Positions 37,209 through 55,246 of a DNA stretch of 64,000 nt are shown here, piece by piece (position 1 is the first letter of the stretch; every line of letters begins with the position of its first letter). Source of the stretch: the human T2T-CHM13v2.0 reference genome, Homo sapiens; NCBI RefSeq assembly GCF_009914755.1, contig NC_060947.1. The stretch is one strand, 5' to 3'. The position numbers and the translations under genes are program-made. The notes beneath the pieces are model-generated. The model made no database searches, was not told where the DNA came from, and saw only the letters and a program-made list of their open reading frames with translations.

Positions 37209-37829
37209 ACATCTTGATTTCGTTTTTAACCCAAAAATCATTCAGGAGCAAATTGTTTAATTTTCACATTTTTGTATAGTTTTGAGGATTCCTTTTGGAC
37301 TTGACTTCTAGTTTTTTTCTACTGTGGTCTGAGAAGATACTTGATATGATTTTGATTTTTTTAAATGTATTGTGGCTTGTGTTATGGCCTATCATATGGT
37401 CTATACTGAAGAATATTCCATGTGCTGATGAGAAGAATGTATATTCTGCAGTTTGGGGGTAGAATGTTCTTTAAATATCTCTTAGGTCCATTTGCTCTAG
37501 AGTGCAATTAAAGTCCAGTGTTTTTTTATTTACTTTCTGCTTCAGTGAGCTGTCTAGTGCTGTCAGTGGATTGTTGAAGTTCCCCACTATTATTATGTTG
37601 CTTTCTCTTCTCTTAAGTCTATTCATTGATTTATAAATCTGAGGACTCCAGAGCTAAGTACATATATCTTCTTGTTGGATTGATGCTTTTATCATTATAT
37701 AATAACCTTCTTTGTCTTTTTTTTAACTGTTGTTGCTTTAAAGTCTATTCTATGATATAAGAATAGTTACTCCTGCTTGCTTTTAGTTTCTATTTGCATG
37801 TAATATCTTATTCTACCCATTTATCTTGA

Positions 37830-38194
<365 letters not shown>

Positions 38195-39179
38195 TGGTTT
38201 GTGTTTTTTAATACATTTTGCCAATCTGTATCTTTTAAGTGGAACATTTAGATCATTTTATTCAATGTGAATATCGAAATGTGAGGTACTGTTCGTCATT
38301 ATGAGGATTGTTACTTAGATGTTTTGTTTTCTTCATTGTGTTATTATTTTATAGGACCTGTGAGTTTTATGCTCTCAGAGGTATCCTGGCGCATATCTAT
38401 CTTTTGTTTCAAATTTTAGAACTCCTTTAGCATTTCTTGTAGGATTGGTCTGGTAGTGAAAAACTCCCTCAGCATTTGCTTGTCTGAAGTCTTTATTTCT
38501 CCTTCATTTATGAAACTTAGTTTTGCTGCATAAAAATATCTTTGGCTGACAGTTATTCTGTTTAAAGAGGCTAAAAATAGGACCCCAGTTCCTTCTGGCT
38601 TGTAAGGTTTCTGCTGAGTATATGTGTTATCTGGAGAAGTGTCTATTTAGGTCCTTTATTCATTTTTAAATTGAGTTATTTATTTTCATTGTTATTGAGT
38701 TGCAAGTGTTCTCAATATATTTTGGATGTTAATCCTTTATTAGATATATGTTTTCCAAATATTTTTCTCCTTTTCTTTAGGTTGCCTTTTCACTCTGTTG
38801 ATTGTTCCCTTTACTGTACAGAAGTTGTTTTTTTTGTTTTTTTTGTTTGTTTGTTTGTTTGTTTTTGTTTGTTTGTCGTAATCCCATTTGTCTACTTTTG
38901 GTTTTGTTGCCTGTGCCTCTGGGATCATACCCAAAAAATCGTTGCCCAGACCAAGTCAAGATGTTTTTCCTGTTTTCTTCTATAAATTCAGCAGTTTTGT
39001 ATCTTATGTTTAAGTCTTTAATCCAATTTGAGTTGGTTTTTGTATAGTATGAGATAATAGTCCAACTTCATTATTCTGCATGTGGATATTCAGTTTTCCC
39101 ATAACTGTTTATTGAAGAGACTGTTTTTCCCCATTGTGCATTCTTGGCATTTTTGTAGAAAATCAATTGACTGTAATGA

Positions 39180-39773
<594 letters not shown>

Positions 39774-40969
39774 TAAATCAAGATGTGTGATACCTCCATC
39801 GTAGTTCCTCTTGCCCAAAATTTCTTTGGCTATTCAGGGTCTTTTATGGTTTCATATGATTTATGGAGTGTATTCCATTTCTGTAAAGAATGTCAATGGA
39901 TTTTGATAGAGATTACGTTTACTCTATAGCTCACTTTGGGTAGTATGGACATTTTAACATTTAACAATATTAATTCTTTCAATCCAAAAATATGGGATGT
40001 CTTTTCATTTGTGTCTTATTTAATTTTCTTCATCAATGTTTTATAATTTACAGTGTATAAGTCTTTCACCTACAGAGATTATTTAACTTCTTCCTTTCTG
40101 ACTGGGATGCCTCTTCTTTCTTTCTGTTGCCTAATTATTCTGGCTAGGACTTCCAGTACCATGTTGAGTAGAAGTGATGATAATCTTCATCCTTTCCTTG
40201 TTATCCTTTTCTTGTTTCCCATAGCATATATATTGCAGTTATTGCTTTCTAGTTTTTTTCATTATAGTCAGAAAATATACCTGGAATGACATTGATCTTA
40301 TTAAATTTGTTAAGGCTTGTTTTGTGACCTAACATGTGATCTATCTGGAGAATGTTCCCTGTGTACTGGAGAAAAATGTGTATTCTTCTGCTGTTGGGTA
40401 GAAAGTTCCATATATGTCTATTAGTTTCATTTGTTTTGTAATGTTTTTCAAGCCAGATGTTTCTTCATTTATTTTCTGTCTGAATGCTGTATCTGATATT
40501 GTGAATGGGGTATTGAAGTCCTCTACTATTATTGTATTGTCAATGTCTGTCTTCAGATCTGTTGATATTTGCTTTATATATTTAGGTTCTCAGATGTTGG
40601 GTGTGTATATATTTATAATTGTTTTATCTTCTTGCTGAATTGACCCTTTTATCATTACATAGTTGACCTTCTTTGTCTCTAGAGTTTTAAACATAAAATA
40701 TATTTTGTCTGATATAAGTATGACCACTTCTGCTTTCTTTTGGTGACCATTTGCATGAAATATTTGTTCCACCCCTTCACTTCTCAGCTTATGTGTGCCC
40801 TTAAATCTAAAGTGACTCTCATTGACAGCATATTACTAGATCCTGTTTTTTTAAAATCTATTCATTAGCAAGCAATGGATTTCTATAATAAAGAAAAAAA
40901 TCTATTCAGCCATACTCTGCCTTTGATTGGTGAGTTTAATCCATTTACATTTAAGGTAATTACTGATAA

Positions 40970-41351
<382 letters not shown>

Positions 41352-42043
41352 TCTTCCTTTGCTGTTTGATGAGTTATTTTGGTAGTGATTTGCTTTGATG
41401 CTTTCTCTTTATCTTTTGTGTGTCTATTAAAGGTTTTCTGGCAGTTATTTTGAGGATTGCATAAAATATATTCTAGTTTTATTCTTTGATTTTCAGTGGA
41501 TAACAATGTAGCTTAAATATCATACAAAAAATACTATACTTTTACATCCCCCCCACACACACACTTTGTGTTCTTGTACTCAGAATCTGCTTTTTTATAT
41601 TTTGTATCCATTAAAAATTTTTATCTTTTAAGTTTTATATAAAGGCTAAAAGTAAATTATGCACCACCATTACATTGTTGCATTAATCTATATATCTCTA
41701 TTTTATGCTTTCACATCACTATTTAGCATGTGTTTCTTTCAGTTTGAAGAGTTCCCATAAATATTTCTTTGTAAGGCAGATCTAGTGGCAATGAACTCCC
41801 TCAGTTTTTGTTTGTCTGGGAAAAGGTTTCCCTTCTTTATTTTTAAAGGATAATTCTGCAGGATATAGTATTCTTTGATGGCAGTTTTTTTTTTTTCTTT
41901 CAGGACTTTGAATATATGTTCCTACTCTTTACTGGATTGCAAGATTTCTGTTGAGAAATCCACTGATAGTCTTACAAGGATCCCTTACATGCAAAGATTC
42001 ACTTTTTTCTTGTTGCTTTCAAAATTATTTCTTCATCCTTGTT

Positions 42044-42397
42044 TGTTTTAGTCTATTCTCAGGCTGTTAATAAAGACATACCCAAGACTGGGTAATTTAT
42101 ATAGAGGTTTAATTGACATACAGTTCCACGTGGCTGGGGAGCCTCACAATCATGGCAGAAGGCAAAGGAGGAGCAAAGTCATGTCTTACATGGCGGCAGG
42201 CAAGAGGGTATGTGCAGGGGAACTCCCCTTTACAAAACCATCAGATCTCCTGAGACTTATTCACTATCACAAGAACAGCATGGGAAACACCCACCCCCGT
42301 GATTGAATTACCTCCCACTGGGTCCCTCCCATGACACATGGGGATTATTACAATTCCAGGTGAGATTTGGGTGGGGACATAGAGCCAAACCAAATCT
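42044..42397 (-). mobile_element. THE1 solo LTR
   Basis: tgttttagtctattctcaggctgttaataaagacatacccaagactggg...ggtggggacatagagccaaacc. Confidence 0.9.
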
Positions 42398-42861
42398 CCC
42401 AGATTGCAAGGTTTCTGTAGAGGAATCCACTGATAGTCTTACAGGAATCCACTACATGTCAAGATTTTACTTTTCTCTTGCTGCTTTCAAAATGATTTCT
42501 TCATCTTTGACTTTAGATAATTTGATTATAATTGGTCTCAGTGAAGACCTATTTGGGGTTCTTTTCACATCATGGATCTAGATGTTCATTTTTCTCCCTA
42601 GATTTGGAAAGTCTTCTTTCATTTATTTCTTTAAATGAGATTTCTACTCCTTTTTCTCACTGCCCCTTCTGAATTCTATAATGTATACATTATATTTTTA
42701 TACTATCTTGTAAGTCACGCAGACTTTCTTCAGTCTTTTTCATTCTTTTTACTTTTTGTCTTTCTAACTGGATAATTTCAATTATTTTCAAGTTCACAGA
42801 TTCTTCTACTTGATCAATTTTGTTGTTGAAGTTCTTTATTGGGTTTTTAATTTCTTTCTCT

Positions 42862-43806
<945 letters not shown>

Positions 43807-43809
43807 TAT

Positions 43810-43842
43810 ACACACACACGTGCACACACACACACACACACA
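43810..43842. repeat. (CA)n microsatellite
   Basis: CA array with one gtg interruption. Confidence 0.9.
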
Positions 43843-43961
43843 ACAGGAGTTGTGTGAAGAAGAGGAAAAATAAAAAACAGGAAAAATATTTGATGTCTAA
43901 TGGCTGAAAAGTTCCAAAATTTGATGGAAAACTTTAATCTGCACATTCAAGAAGATCAATA

Positions 43962-44247
<286 letters not shown>

Positions 44248-44259
44248 TCAAAAACATTC

Positions 44260-44262
<3 letters not shown>

Positions 44263-44302
<40 letters not shown>
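44263..44302. repeat. (TG)20 microsatellite
   Basis: Perfect array. Confidence 0.97.
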
Positions 44303-44305
<3 letters not shown>

Positions 44306-45810
44306 ACTTGGTGATATATCACAGGTCTCTTAGGCTCTGATCATTTTTCTTTATTTTCTCTTTCTGCCCTTCAGACTAGGTAATCTCAGTTAACCTGTCA
44401 ACATAAAGTTTGATGCTTCTTTCTATAGCCAGCTAAAATCTGCTGTTGATCTCTCCAGTGGATTTTTTATTTCAGTTATTGTCCTTTTCAACTTCAGAAT
44501 TTCCATTAAAATTCTCTATGTGATAAGACATCTTACATTCCTTTTGTTCTTTGACATACTTTCTTATAATCTTTAAGCATATTTTAAATAGCTGATTTAA
44601 AATATTTGTCAGGTAAGCCTGACATCTGGGCCTGCACAGGGACAGTATTTTAAAAATATTTTTTAAAGAAATGGGGTCTCACTTCATTGCCCAGGCTATA
44701 TTTGAGCTCCTTGGCTCAAGCAATACTTCCACCTCAGCCTCTTGAGTAGCTGGGACTATGGGCTCATGCCACTATGCCCAACTCAGGAGGGATGGTTTCT
44801 ATTGACTTTTTCTTTCCCTGTATATAGGCCATACTTTTTTGTTTCTTTGCATATCTCATAATTTTTTTGTTGAAGACTGAACATTTTAAATAATATAATT
44901 GGCAACCTTGGAAATCAGATTCTCTCCTCTTCCTAAGGTTTGTTTTTGTAATTGTTGTTTAGAGACCTGTGAAGTAATTCTTTAAAGTCTGTATTATTTG
45001 TTGTGTGTGGCCACTGACATCTCTTCTTGGAATAGCTTATTTGTCAGCTATTGGTTCAAAAACATTTTTCTTAACTGCCTTGAACCAGTAAGTCTTCCTC
45101 CCTTTGCCAAGAGGCTTTGCATGCATACTGTGGCACACTCTCAACACCTAGAAAGCATTTGACAACTTTGCTATAGCCTTCACTTCCTGATTACATAAAC
45201 CTTTAATGTCAACCAAAGGTGAGGGATAAGGGACTTTTCAGGTCTTCCATGAACACATGCACAACCTTACACAAGTATGTGTCCTTCTAGATCCCCAGGA
45301 ATATGTGGAAGCTTTTCAAAGCCCCTTATGGACATCTGATTCCCAGCTTTTCCTTTAAAGTTTTTTTTGTCAACTTCTTGTTTGCTCTAGCTGTTATTAC
45401 CCCATCAGGCAGCTGTGATATTTTTTTAAAGTGTCTCTAATTGTTTTCAACAAACATCCCTGAGGAAAAAGCTGTTCATTATTAGTGAGCTCTAAATCAC
45501 ATCAAATAAACACAAGCCCTTGAAAAAGTCAGGTTTTCCAAGGAACTTTCAGACAGGTCAGATAATAATAATTCTATGGAGATGGGACTTTGGAGAAGCT
45601 CTAAATTTGTTGAGTTTCCTCTGTTCACTTCTAGGCTGCTAATTCTCATGGCTACTGTGATTGTGAGGCTGTTGGCTTTCAAGGCCACCATGTTTCCGGG
45701 AAGAGGAGATGGGAATAGAGCACATTCAAATGCCACAAATTTTCCTGTTCTTACCGAGGTTCAGCCAGGCCTTTGAATTTTTGTTTTGTTGTTTAAATAA
45801 ACACTATTTG

Positions 45811-46134
<324 letters not shown>

Positions 46135-46159
46135 TGAAAACCTTTCGTTAAGTTCCAGA

Positions 46160-46518
46160 TGTCACCAGTGGAGGGTGTCCAGGTTCTTGGTGTCTTGAAC
46201 AAAGAATTGAACAAAACTCACAAACAAAGCAAGGACAGAATGAAGGGATTTATTGAAAATTAAAGTACACTCCACAGTGTGGGAGCGGGCCAGAGCATAG
46301 GGGCTCAAGGGCTCCATTACAGAATTTTAGCGAGTTTAAATACCCTCTAGAGGATTCCATTGATTACTTGGGGTACACCCTATGTAAATGAAGAGGATGA
46401 AGTAAAGTTACAAAGTTATTTACTTGGCCTATGCCCTATGGAGATGATATTTCCTGCCATAGCTGAAGTATGAATTGGCCTTATGTTCCCTACTTCCAGA
46501 CCCTATTTTCCTGCCTAA
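46160..46518 (-). mobile_element. ERV1 solo LTR (MER61-like)
   Basis: tgtcaccagtggagggtgtccaggttcttgg...ccctattttcctgcctaa; 4-bp TSD caga/caga. Confidence 0.8.
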
Positions 46519-46993
46519 CAGAATTCTGGAAAAGTTGATATTAACAATTTGCCAGTGTTGTCATTGCTTTTACTGATAATCAGATTTTTTAAGGTCCTTT
46601 CACTGTCATTCCCACTGACATCATCATTAGTATATTTAAATTTATGTAACTATCAAAAGATTTCATGGCATAAATATAATTACATGAACTTTTAAACATT
46701 TGGAGGTTTGTTACAGTACATTGTTTTCACTATTTTTAATTTCTACTGTGGGAAAAAAAGTGCTTTCTAAACAAGCTGGTATTAATGTTAACTGAAATAC
46801 AAAGTCACTCATAGACAGATTTTTAATTATATCTTTCCTGGATAATCAATGACTCACAAGAAATCATTTTAACCCAACTTACCACTATTTGAGTAAAAGC
46901 CAGGGCTATGTATAACTAGCTAATGTCAAATGGTCTTTATAATTTTGATCAGATGAACTTCACTTCAGGCTTCTATGAGTATGCCAGAGGCTA

Positions 46994-47311
<318 letters not shown>

Positions 47312-47329
47312 CTACAAGGATGAAATATT

Positions 47330-47890
47330 TAATAAAATATTCATTGAAAACGTATCACATACATAAAGGTATGCTAGGTGTTGGGATTGGGGAAAGCAAA
47401 GATACAAACATGAATGTGGACAGTTCTTGCTTTTAGTAGAGTTCACAATCTAGTTGGGGAGAGAAACAAACGTTACAACTAGCAGGAGTTAAGTGGGTGA
47501 ACTAGAGGGGAGAGAACACTGAGTGTGGAGAGCATTACTCACTAATCTTGACCTCACCATTGTCTTTCACACCTCCATGCCCTTTCATATGCGATACCAT
47601 CTGCCTAGTATGTCCTCCCCATTTTCACTCCCCCTTTCCTGATAAAACCAGCTCAAATTTCACCTCTCTTACCTCAGACAGAAGAATTACTTACCTCTTA
47701 CACCTCCTTGGTATTCCCCTAGCATTTATAAACAACCTTACGAGAACATATTCTATGCTCTGTGATTATTTGTTTACATGTTTATCTCACCTACCAGAAT
47801 GTGAGCACCTCACAGGGACTGCATCTTATTTATTTTAGAACCCTCAGCACCTAGAGCAGTGCTAAGTACCTAGTATCCAGGATGGGAATT
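47330..47890. mobile_element. Ancient L2-like fragments
   Basis: Degenerate L2 3' motifs (accagaatgtgagcacctcacaggg...cagcacctagagcagtgc). Confidence 0.5.
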
Positions 47891-50250
47891 AAATTTAGTG
47901 GTAGAGGGAATATTTGCACCCAAATACCCTGACTCCAGCTCCAAATGCAGAAGGTTTCTCACTATACTAAGACACCTCTTACCATTCCTGCAGGGAGCCT
48001 TCAAGGATTACCAGCATCCTAAACTCATGGGGGGACAGCCAAGAGTGTACCTATGTCATTATATGGTTGACATATTTAATATAACAATAATGCATTATTA
48101 AGCATTCCTTGTTCTGAAAGCCTCTGAAATACTTTTAAAACTGTGTTTCTTATGTACTTTGCTGGCCACAGAATTACTCCTGCAGCTGAGATAAAACAGA
48201 GCAGCTCTTGAAAAAAGCAATATATAATTGTTTGAGAAAGGAAGTGACAACAAACAGCATGTTAGTTGAAATAATAACAATTAAAACTTGTAACCTCTGT
48301 GATCCTTCTATTGCCTCTTTCCCTCCTACTCCTATTTGCCACCCAATATATCTCCAATTTCATCTGGGAGATTTTTGGAACTAACTAGACTTCAGCTGAT
48401 GATGTCATGGCTGCAATACTGCAGCTACCCCTCAGAATTGCCCCGATCCTTGTGTCCCTTCTCATTCTGGCTAATGATTTAATTATAAAGAGAGAAAATA
48501 GGATGTACTCTATTCCATACATTTAACAAAACAGTTAAATTGGAGAGAATCAAGAAAGATCAAGCCCAGTGTTGTTAACTGAATGAGATGCTCAAGATAT
48601 ATTTATCACTATGAAAGTTATAAGAAAGGCAATCTTTTTTTCCAATTTAATATAAGTTATAGAATGACATAGCCATATTTCCCTATAGCTTTTGACTAAG
48701 GGTCTCGGGATGGGTATAGGTAGCACAAAAAGAAAAAGAGAGGGAGGAGAGAAAGAAGAGAGAAGAGGAGGAGAGAGAGAGAAAAAAAATGAACTTCACC
48801 AATGAATCATAGAAGTGGGCGTGTTTTCTGAAGAAGCCACTTTCATAACAGCTCCTCAGCTGTCACTAATGGCCAGAGAACACACATTCACTGAACCCTT
48901 ACTCTAGCAGAGACCGTCTCCTGTAGCATATGTAGCTTCTCTGCATGAATTTGAATTCTCCATGTAGCTTCTCTGCATGAATTTGAAATGATCTTTTCCT
49001 AGACCTTCTTTATATAGAGAGAAGAAAATAGTAAGTATGTAACCTACAGTTTTCTTGTCCTTCTGGAGTGTCAAGCACTAGAAATGTTTTTGTGTGGGAA
49101 GATTGAATCAAGTATAAATTGAGGTTACATTTAACAATGTGGTTTTAATTAGTTTGGACAACAGAGTGTGTGTAGTACTAAATGTTTTAGATATCCTGGA
49201 GACATACGTCCTTTCTAATGGAACACGTGACTGTGGAAGGTAGCAGAAAAATGAGCCCCTGTTCAAAACCTGGGAATAATGGGTCTTGAAATCAAAATAT
49301 TGTGTGTTTACTTTGCTTGAAGTCCTGAAAAAAATGAATGAGTAATGAAAATCAACAGACTCTTACTTTTTTGTAAACATTTTGTCTAAAGCTTCAACAT
49401 TTGGTGTGGGAGTGGGAGGACAAGAATTGACGTAGTTTAATCATACAAAGCTCTTGGGTCTCCTTTGAAATGAAATCCTAAATTTTGAATAAGCTCAGTT
49501 GTTTTTAGCTCTGATTGTGACAGTTTTTACTGTGACATGTATCATTTTGAGAATGCATTGAAGGTAAAATATAAAAAACAGTTTTGTTTGGAGGGTAATG
49601 TAAAACCAGATAGGCTGACAAGAGTGCTCTAATTGCTTGAGGGAAATCCCATTTTTACAAACCACAGAAAATATGCTATTTCTTAGACTTGTTTCTTTGC
49701 TAAGTGTTACTACCTATAAACTATTCAAGAGCACACAAACAGATGGGTATAGTTGGAGGTTAAGAAACAATCTTTACCTCCTTTATGATATAATTCCTGC
49801 ATGTGATTTATTTATTATAAATAAAAATGGAAAGATTTGAATTTTTGATTTTCTCAGAGTGCCTTTATGTGAATCTTTTCATTTTGAGAATCAGTAAAGT
49901 TTTCAAACTCTTTTGCCTCCAAAGTATCTGAGAAAGCCTTTACTTTATAGTTCTTTCTGGGGCTTGTGTAACTTCTTTAACTGATGTGCTTGACACCGGG
50001 GATTGGAGATGGGCTATATAAGTCATAACATCTCAAAACTGGATTGTGTAGGTAATTATGTGGCTCTATTGAGAGCATATATGTGAATGCTCTTAGGCAA
50101 CTCTAAGATGTAATGCAAATGTAAATGATTGTTCATATGTTATTACTGTTATCGAAGTTTTATAACTTATTTTATTTGCCATTTTTAAAGTAAAATGTGA
50201 TGATTTGATACAATACAGATTTGAATTTGTTCTCTTAGAAGCTAATTATA

Positions 50251-50817
50251 TGTGTTCTCATCCTTTAGGTCCCACTTATAAGTGAGAACATGCAGTATTT
50301 GGTTTTCTGTTCCTATGTTAGTTTGCTAAGGATAATGGCCTCCAGCTCCATTCATATCCCTGCAAAGGACATGATCTCATTCCTTTTTATGGCTACATAG
50401 TATTCCATGGTATATATGTACCACATTTTCTTTATCCAGTCTATCACTGATGGGCATTTAAGTTGAATGTCTTTGCTATTGTGAATAGTGCTGCAATGAA
50501 CATACACGTGCATGTGTCTTTATAATATAATGATTTATATCTTTTAGGTATGTACACAGTAATGGGATTGCTGGGTCAAATGGTATTTCTGTCTTTAGGT
50601 CTTTGAGGACACATAGAGGGGAACAACACACTCTGGGGCCTAACAGAGGGTGGAGAATGGGAGGAGGGAGAGGATCAGGAAAAATAACTAATGGGTACTG
50701 GGCTTAATACCTGGGTGATGAAATAATCTGTACAACAAATCCCCATGACACAAGTTTACTTATGTAACAAACCTGCACATGTAGCCCTGAACTTAAAATA
50801 AAAGTTAACAAAAAAAG
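50251..50817 (+). mobile_element. Short twin-primed (5'-inverted) L1PA 3' end
   Basis: Minus piece 50251-50608 and plus piece 50607-50817 are contiguous in the L1 consensus (gagaacaca|tggacacatag). Confidence 0.88.
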
Positions 50818-51689
50818 TAATTCTACAAACAGTGGTCCAGTTCAGAGGAGAAACCAAGAAAATAAAGCTTAGTATTCTTATGATGATTGAACTATAGTCA
50901 TTTCTCAATTATCTGGGCCCACCAGAAATCCCACACAGCAGATAATTTTTGATATGTATATTTTCTTTGAGAATGCCTTTTATGAAAAAAAATTGCTATA
51001 AGTGGCGGGAAGGGCAGCTGTCTAAGTAGGCATCCCTAAGTCTCTATCAAAACATGCATTTACCAAACACAATAACAAGTGGCTTGGCCACCTGCAGATA
51101 ATTGAGAACTTACTATTTTGTTCTTGACTTGATTACTGCTGGGTAACTCTGTTCTATGTGGTTAATGGGCTTTCTTGAATATTTCCAAAGGTTTTGGCTC
51201 ACTAGAAATGGCCAGATATTTCTGCCTCTGTATAAGATGTCATTTGGCAGATTCTGGAAAAGATGAAGTCAAGTTTTTAGTAGAACCTGAAGACTAATCT
51301 TGGAAAATTTCCCTATGCAAACGCAAGCTGAATAAGTTGTATTTCCTAATAAAAAGATTAGTGGGAGAGAGAAGAAAGTAGAAGACTTTGATCTTTTTTT
51401 CTTGGTGGAAATTCCTCTTCGAGGTCACTTTTAGCAGATTTTGCCTGCATATGTTTCTCTGCTTTTTTTAGATTCAGATGCAAGTTTGCAATCATTTGCT
51501 TGATCATATTCTTAAACAAGTTATAGGCAAGCTCTGTATCTTCCACACGTGGCTATCTGGTGACAAAGCTCTCAGCTTCTTAAAACAAATTACATCCAGT
51601 TCTATAATTTCATCTGACTAATGTGATTTTCCAAAGTATGCCAGTCTTTAATACATTCATTTGTGGATTTTTTCAATCAGTAACAATAA

Positions 51690-52000
<311 letters not shown>

Positions 52001-52602
52001 AACAACTCTTTTTAACACATGTCATAAGCTAAAACAACATCTTTGAAACTTTTCTCCCCAATCACCTTCCTTTTTTGAGCAAAAGTGACTCTTTTGCTTT
52101 AGCCATCTTCAATGCTTTCATTTGTTACTCCTTGCCAATAATATTAGGCATGAGGTGTTGACTAAGGCACTAAATCATATTAATCTTCATATACTTGTAA
52201 TTTTAAAAACTCTTCCCTGCCCAGCAAATTTTAACTCTTTCCTTTAAGGCTCAACTCATAGCTCCCTGTGCTTTTTAATGCTTAATCACTTAGCCAGTTT
52301 ATAATTATGAATTATATGATTATTTGATTATTGTCTGTCTCCCCATTCCTCACCACATCACTATAAGCTCCTTGAGATCAGTCCTCATCTTATTTTATAT
52401 CCTCAGCTTCTAACATGTTGTCTGGTGCATAGTTGGCACTAAATAAATATTTTTGAATGAATTAAGTAATGTCAGCAGATGACTAGATATTATATGCTTC
52501 TTGAATTCTTTCCTAATCTCTTCAACCACCACACCTATCTCCCACCCTACTGAGAGTTGAGTATTTCCTCTTCTGTATGTCAATGAAAATTTGCAAGTAA
52601 CT

Positions 52603-52740
52603 TAGGTGACCAATCATATACCCAGGTTTACCTGAGACATCCCTAGTTTATGCCTATTGTTCTTGCATAACTATTAGTAAACACTCCCTTCATTCACAAG
52701 AGTATCCCAGCTTGAACTGTAATTGAAATATTCATCTTCT
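52603..52740. mobile_element. Possible small hAT DNA transposon relic (MER94-like)
   Basis: Starts taggtgacca, followed by degenerate cccaggtttacctgagacatccc repeats. Confidence 0.45.
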
Positions 52741-53663
52741 ATAGAAGTGCATTTCTAGGGTCACTTCTAGCCAACGTTTTACTAGTTGGTTGAGTTCTTG
52801 AGGACAGGCTTAGTTCTGGTTTATCTTTCTAACCCTGGGGCTTAGCACAGCCTCTGGCACTCAGGGACTGTTCTTTAGAATAAAAATACATTCTTGCTGT
52901 CTTGTCCCAAGGATTTTTGCATTATAAAAGAAACACATACACATAGGCAAACACATGACACCTTCACACTTACACAGGTTTTAGGAAAGATCACCAACAT
53001 TTTTCTTAAGATACTCTTGCTTAAGGTTTTGAAAGAGAAATCTGAGTTTATTTCTGCTAAGCCACTTATTTCTCTTCTACTTTAGGTTATTGAGTAGGAA
53101 ACTTCCACAATAATAACAAGTAATTTCAATAAGGGTTTCCTATGTTTGTGATATTTTCCCTGAATTTAAATTTGCTGTTGCATGTCTACATAAGCATGGT
53201 GAAATTATTCACACCAATGACAATTTGGACAGAACTAAATATTTGATAGTATGAAATAAACATTCTATGGTCCACTAGCTAAGAGTAGTCGAGCTTATCT
53301 TTTACAGGTACCTCCCATTTGCCAAGAAAATATACATTTAATCTTATAAACAGTTGGTTTTAAGTGACTTTGAAGCTTTGAATAAATCCAGGGGAAATAT
53401 TTCAATGTCCTGTGTACACTAGAAATTATTTCGAAGAAAATAAATTGTAAGTCAGATAGTAAATGTGGAACTTATAAGGAAATTGGTGTCTATGTGTTGA
53501 CTAATTCACTAAGGGAAATTTTTAAAGTCGCAAGTGGTAATGTAATCATTCCAGGAGTCATTATATGCTGCCTGAATGTCGTTTCTGAGATGTTGATTAC
53601 GTTTGGCTCTGTTTCCAAATGTGATTCCTAAAGTAAGCATGCAGTTATGCATAGCATTCTTCA

Positions 53664-54088
<425 letters not shown>

Positions 54089-54271
54089 TTATCCTTTTCT
54101 CCTTTTGTTTATCAATTACAATTTAAAAAGTGGCTTCAGACACATTCAGGAAAGTGCACACACACCCTTTCTTATCTGAAACACACCTCTCTGTTAACCC
54201 TTACAGCCTGCTTCAGTTGTCTGAAGCAATTTTAATGGTTTTCTAGTCTCCCTAGTAGATGGGGTTCCTGA

Positions 54272-54615
<344 letters not shown>

Positions 54616-55090
54616 CGCATGTGCTTTTCAGGAGTGGATTTTAGCCTTAGCAAGAAGGATATGGTGTGGGATCTGGAAACACTTCCTGGCAGAAAGGAAG
54701 AAAGAGAGTCTTTCCATGGAAATATATGTATGTATATATACATATTCTTGCACCTTGTTGAAATGTGATGTTTCTTGTTCTCCAAATTGTTGTGATAAGC
54801 AGATAACTTTAGCTGTTATTTTGTGTCCATGTCGCAGGGTGGGGTAGGGGGGCGACAGGAGCGGGTGGGGGGCGGGAATTACAGCATTATTACCACCACT
54901 GAAATTTTTATGTCTAGAATTATTATAGAATTAGGGACTCTTTATCTTTAATGTAAGTTGAGTGTAATCATTGTAAGAAGAAAAACCAAATGCCAAAAAT
55001 CCTGTAGTTTCTTAAGAAGAAACCTCTGTATTCTAAAATGCTTTTCCTAAAGTTTACTAAATATGATGTGGTATGTGTGTTTATTTGTAG

Positions 55091-55246
55091 GGACTGATAA
55101 CATCTGAACATACCAAACCACACAGTCAAACTCTTGCACCATCGCTACCACGACATTTTACTACAAAAGAATGCCACTGCATGTGGATTCCAAGCAGGCT
55201 AAAAAGAAAAAGAACTGATTAGACCTCAGACGACCCACTAAACGGG
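55091..55246 (+). other. ZC3H12B: 5' UTR portion of the first coding exon of ZC3H12B (if spliced at 55090)
   Basis: Acceptor-like gtgttttatttgtag ending at 55090; contains two upstream ATGs. Confidence 0.6.
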
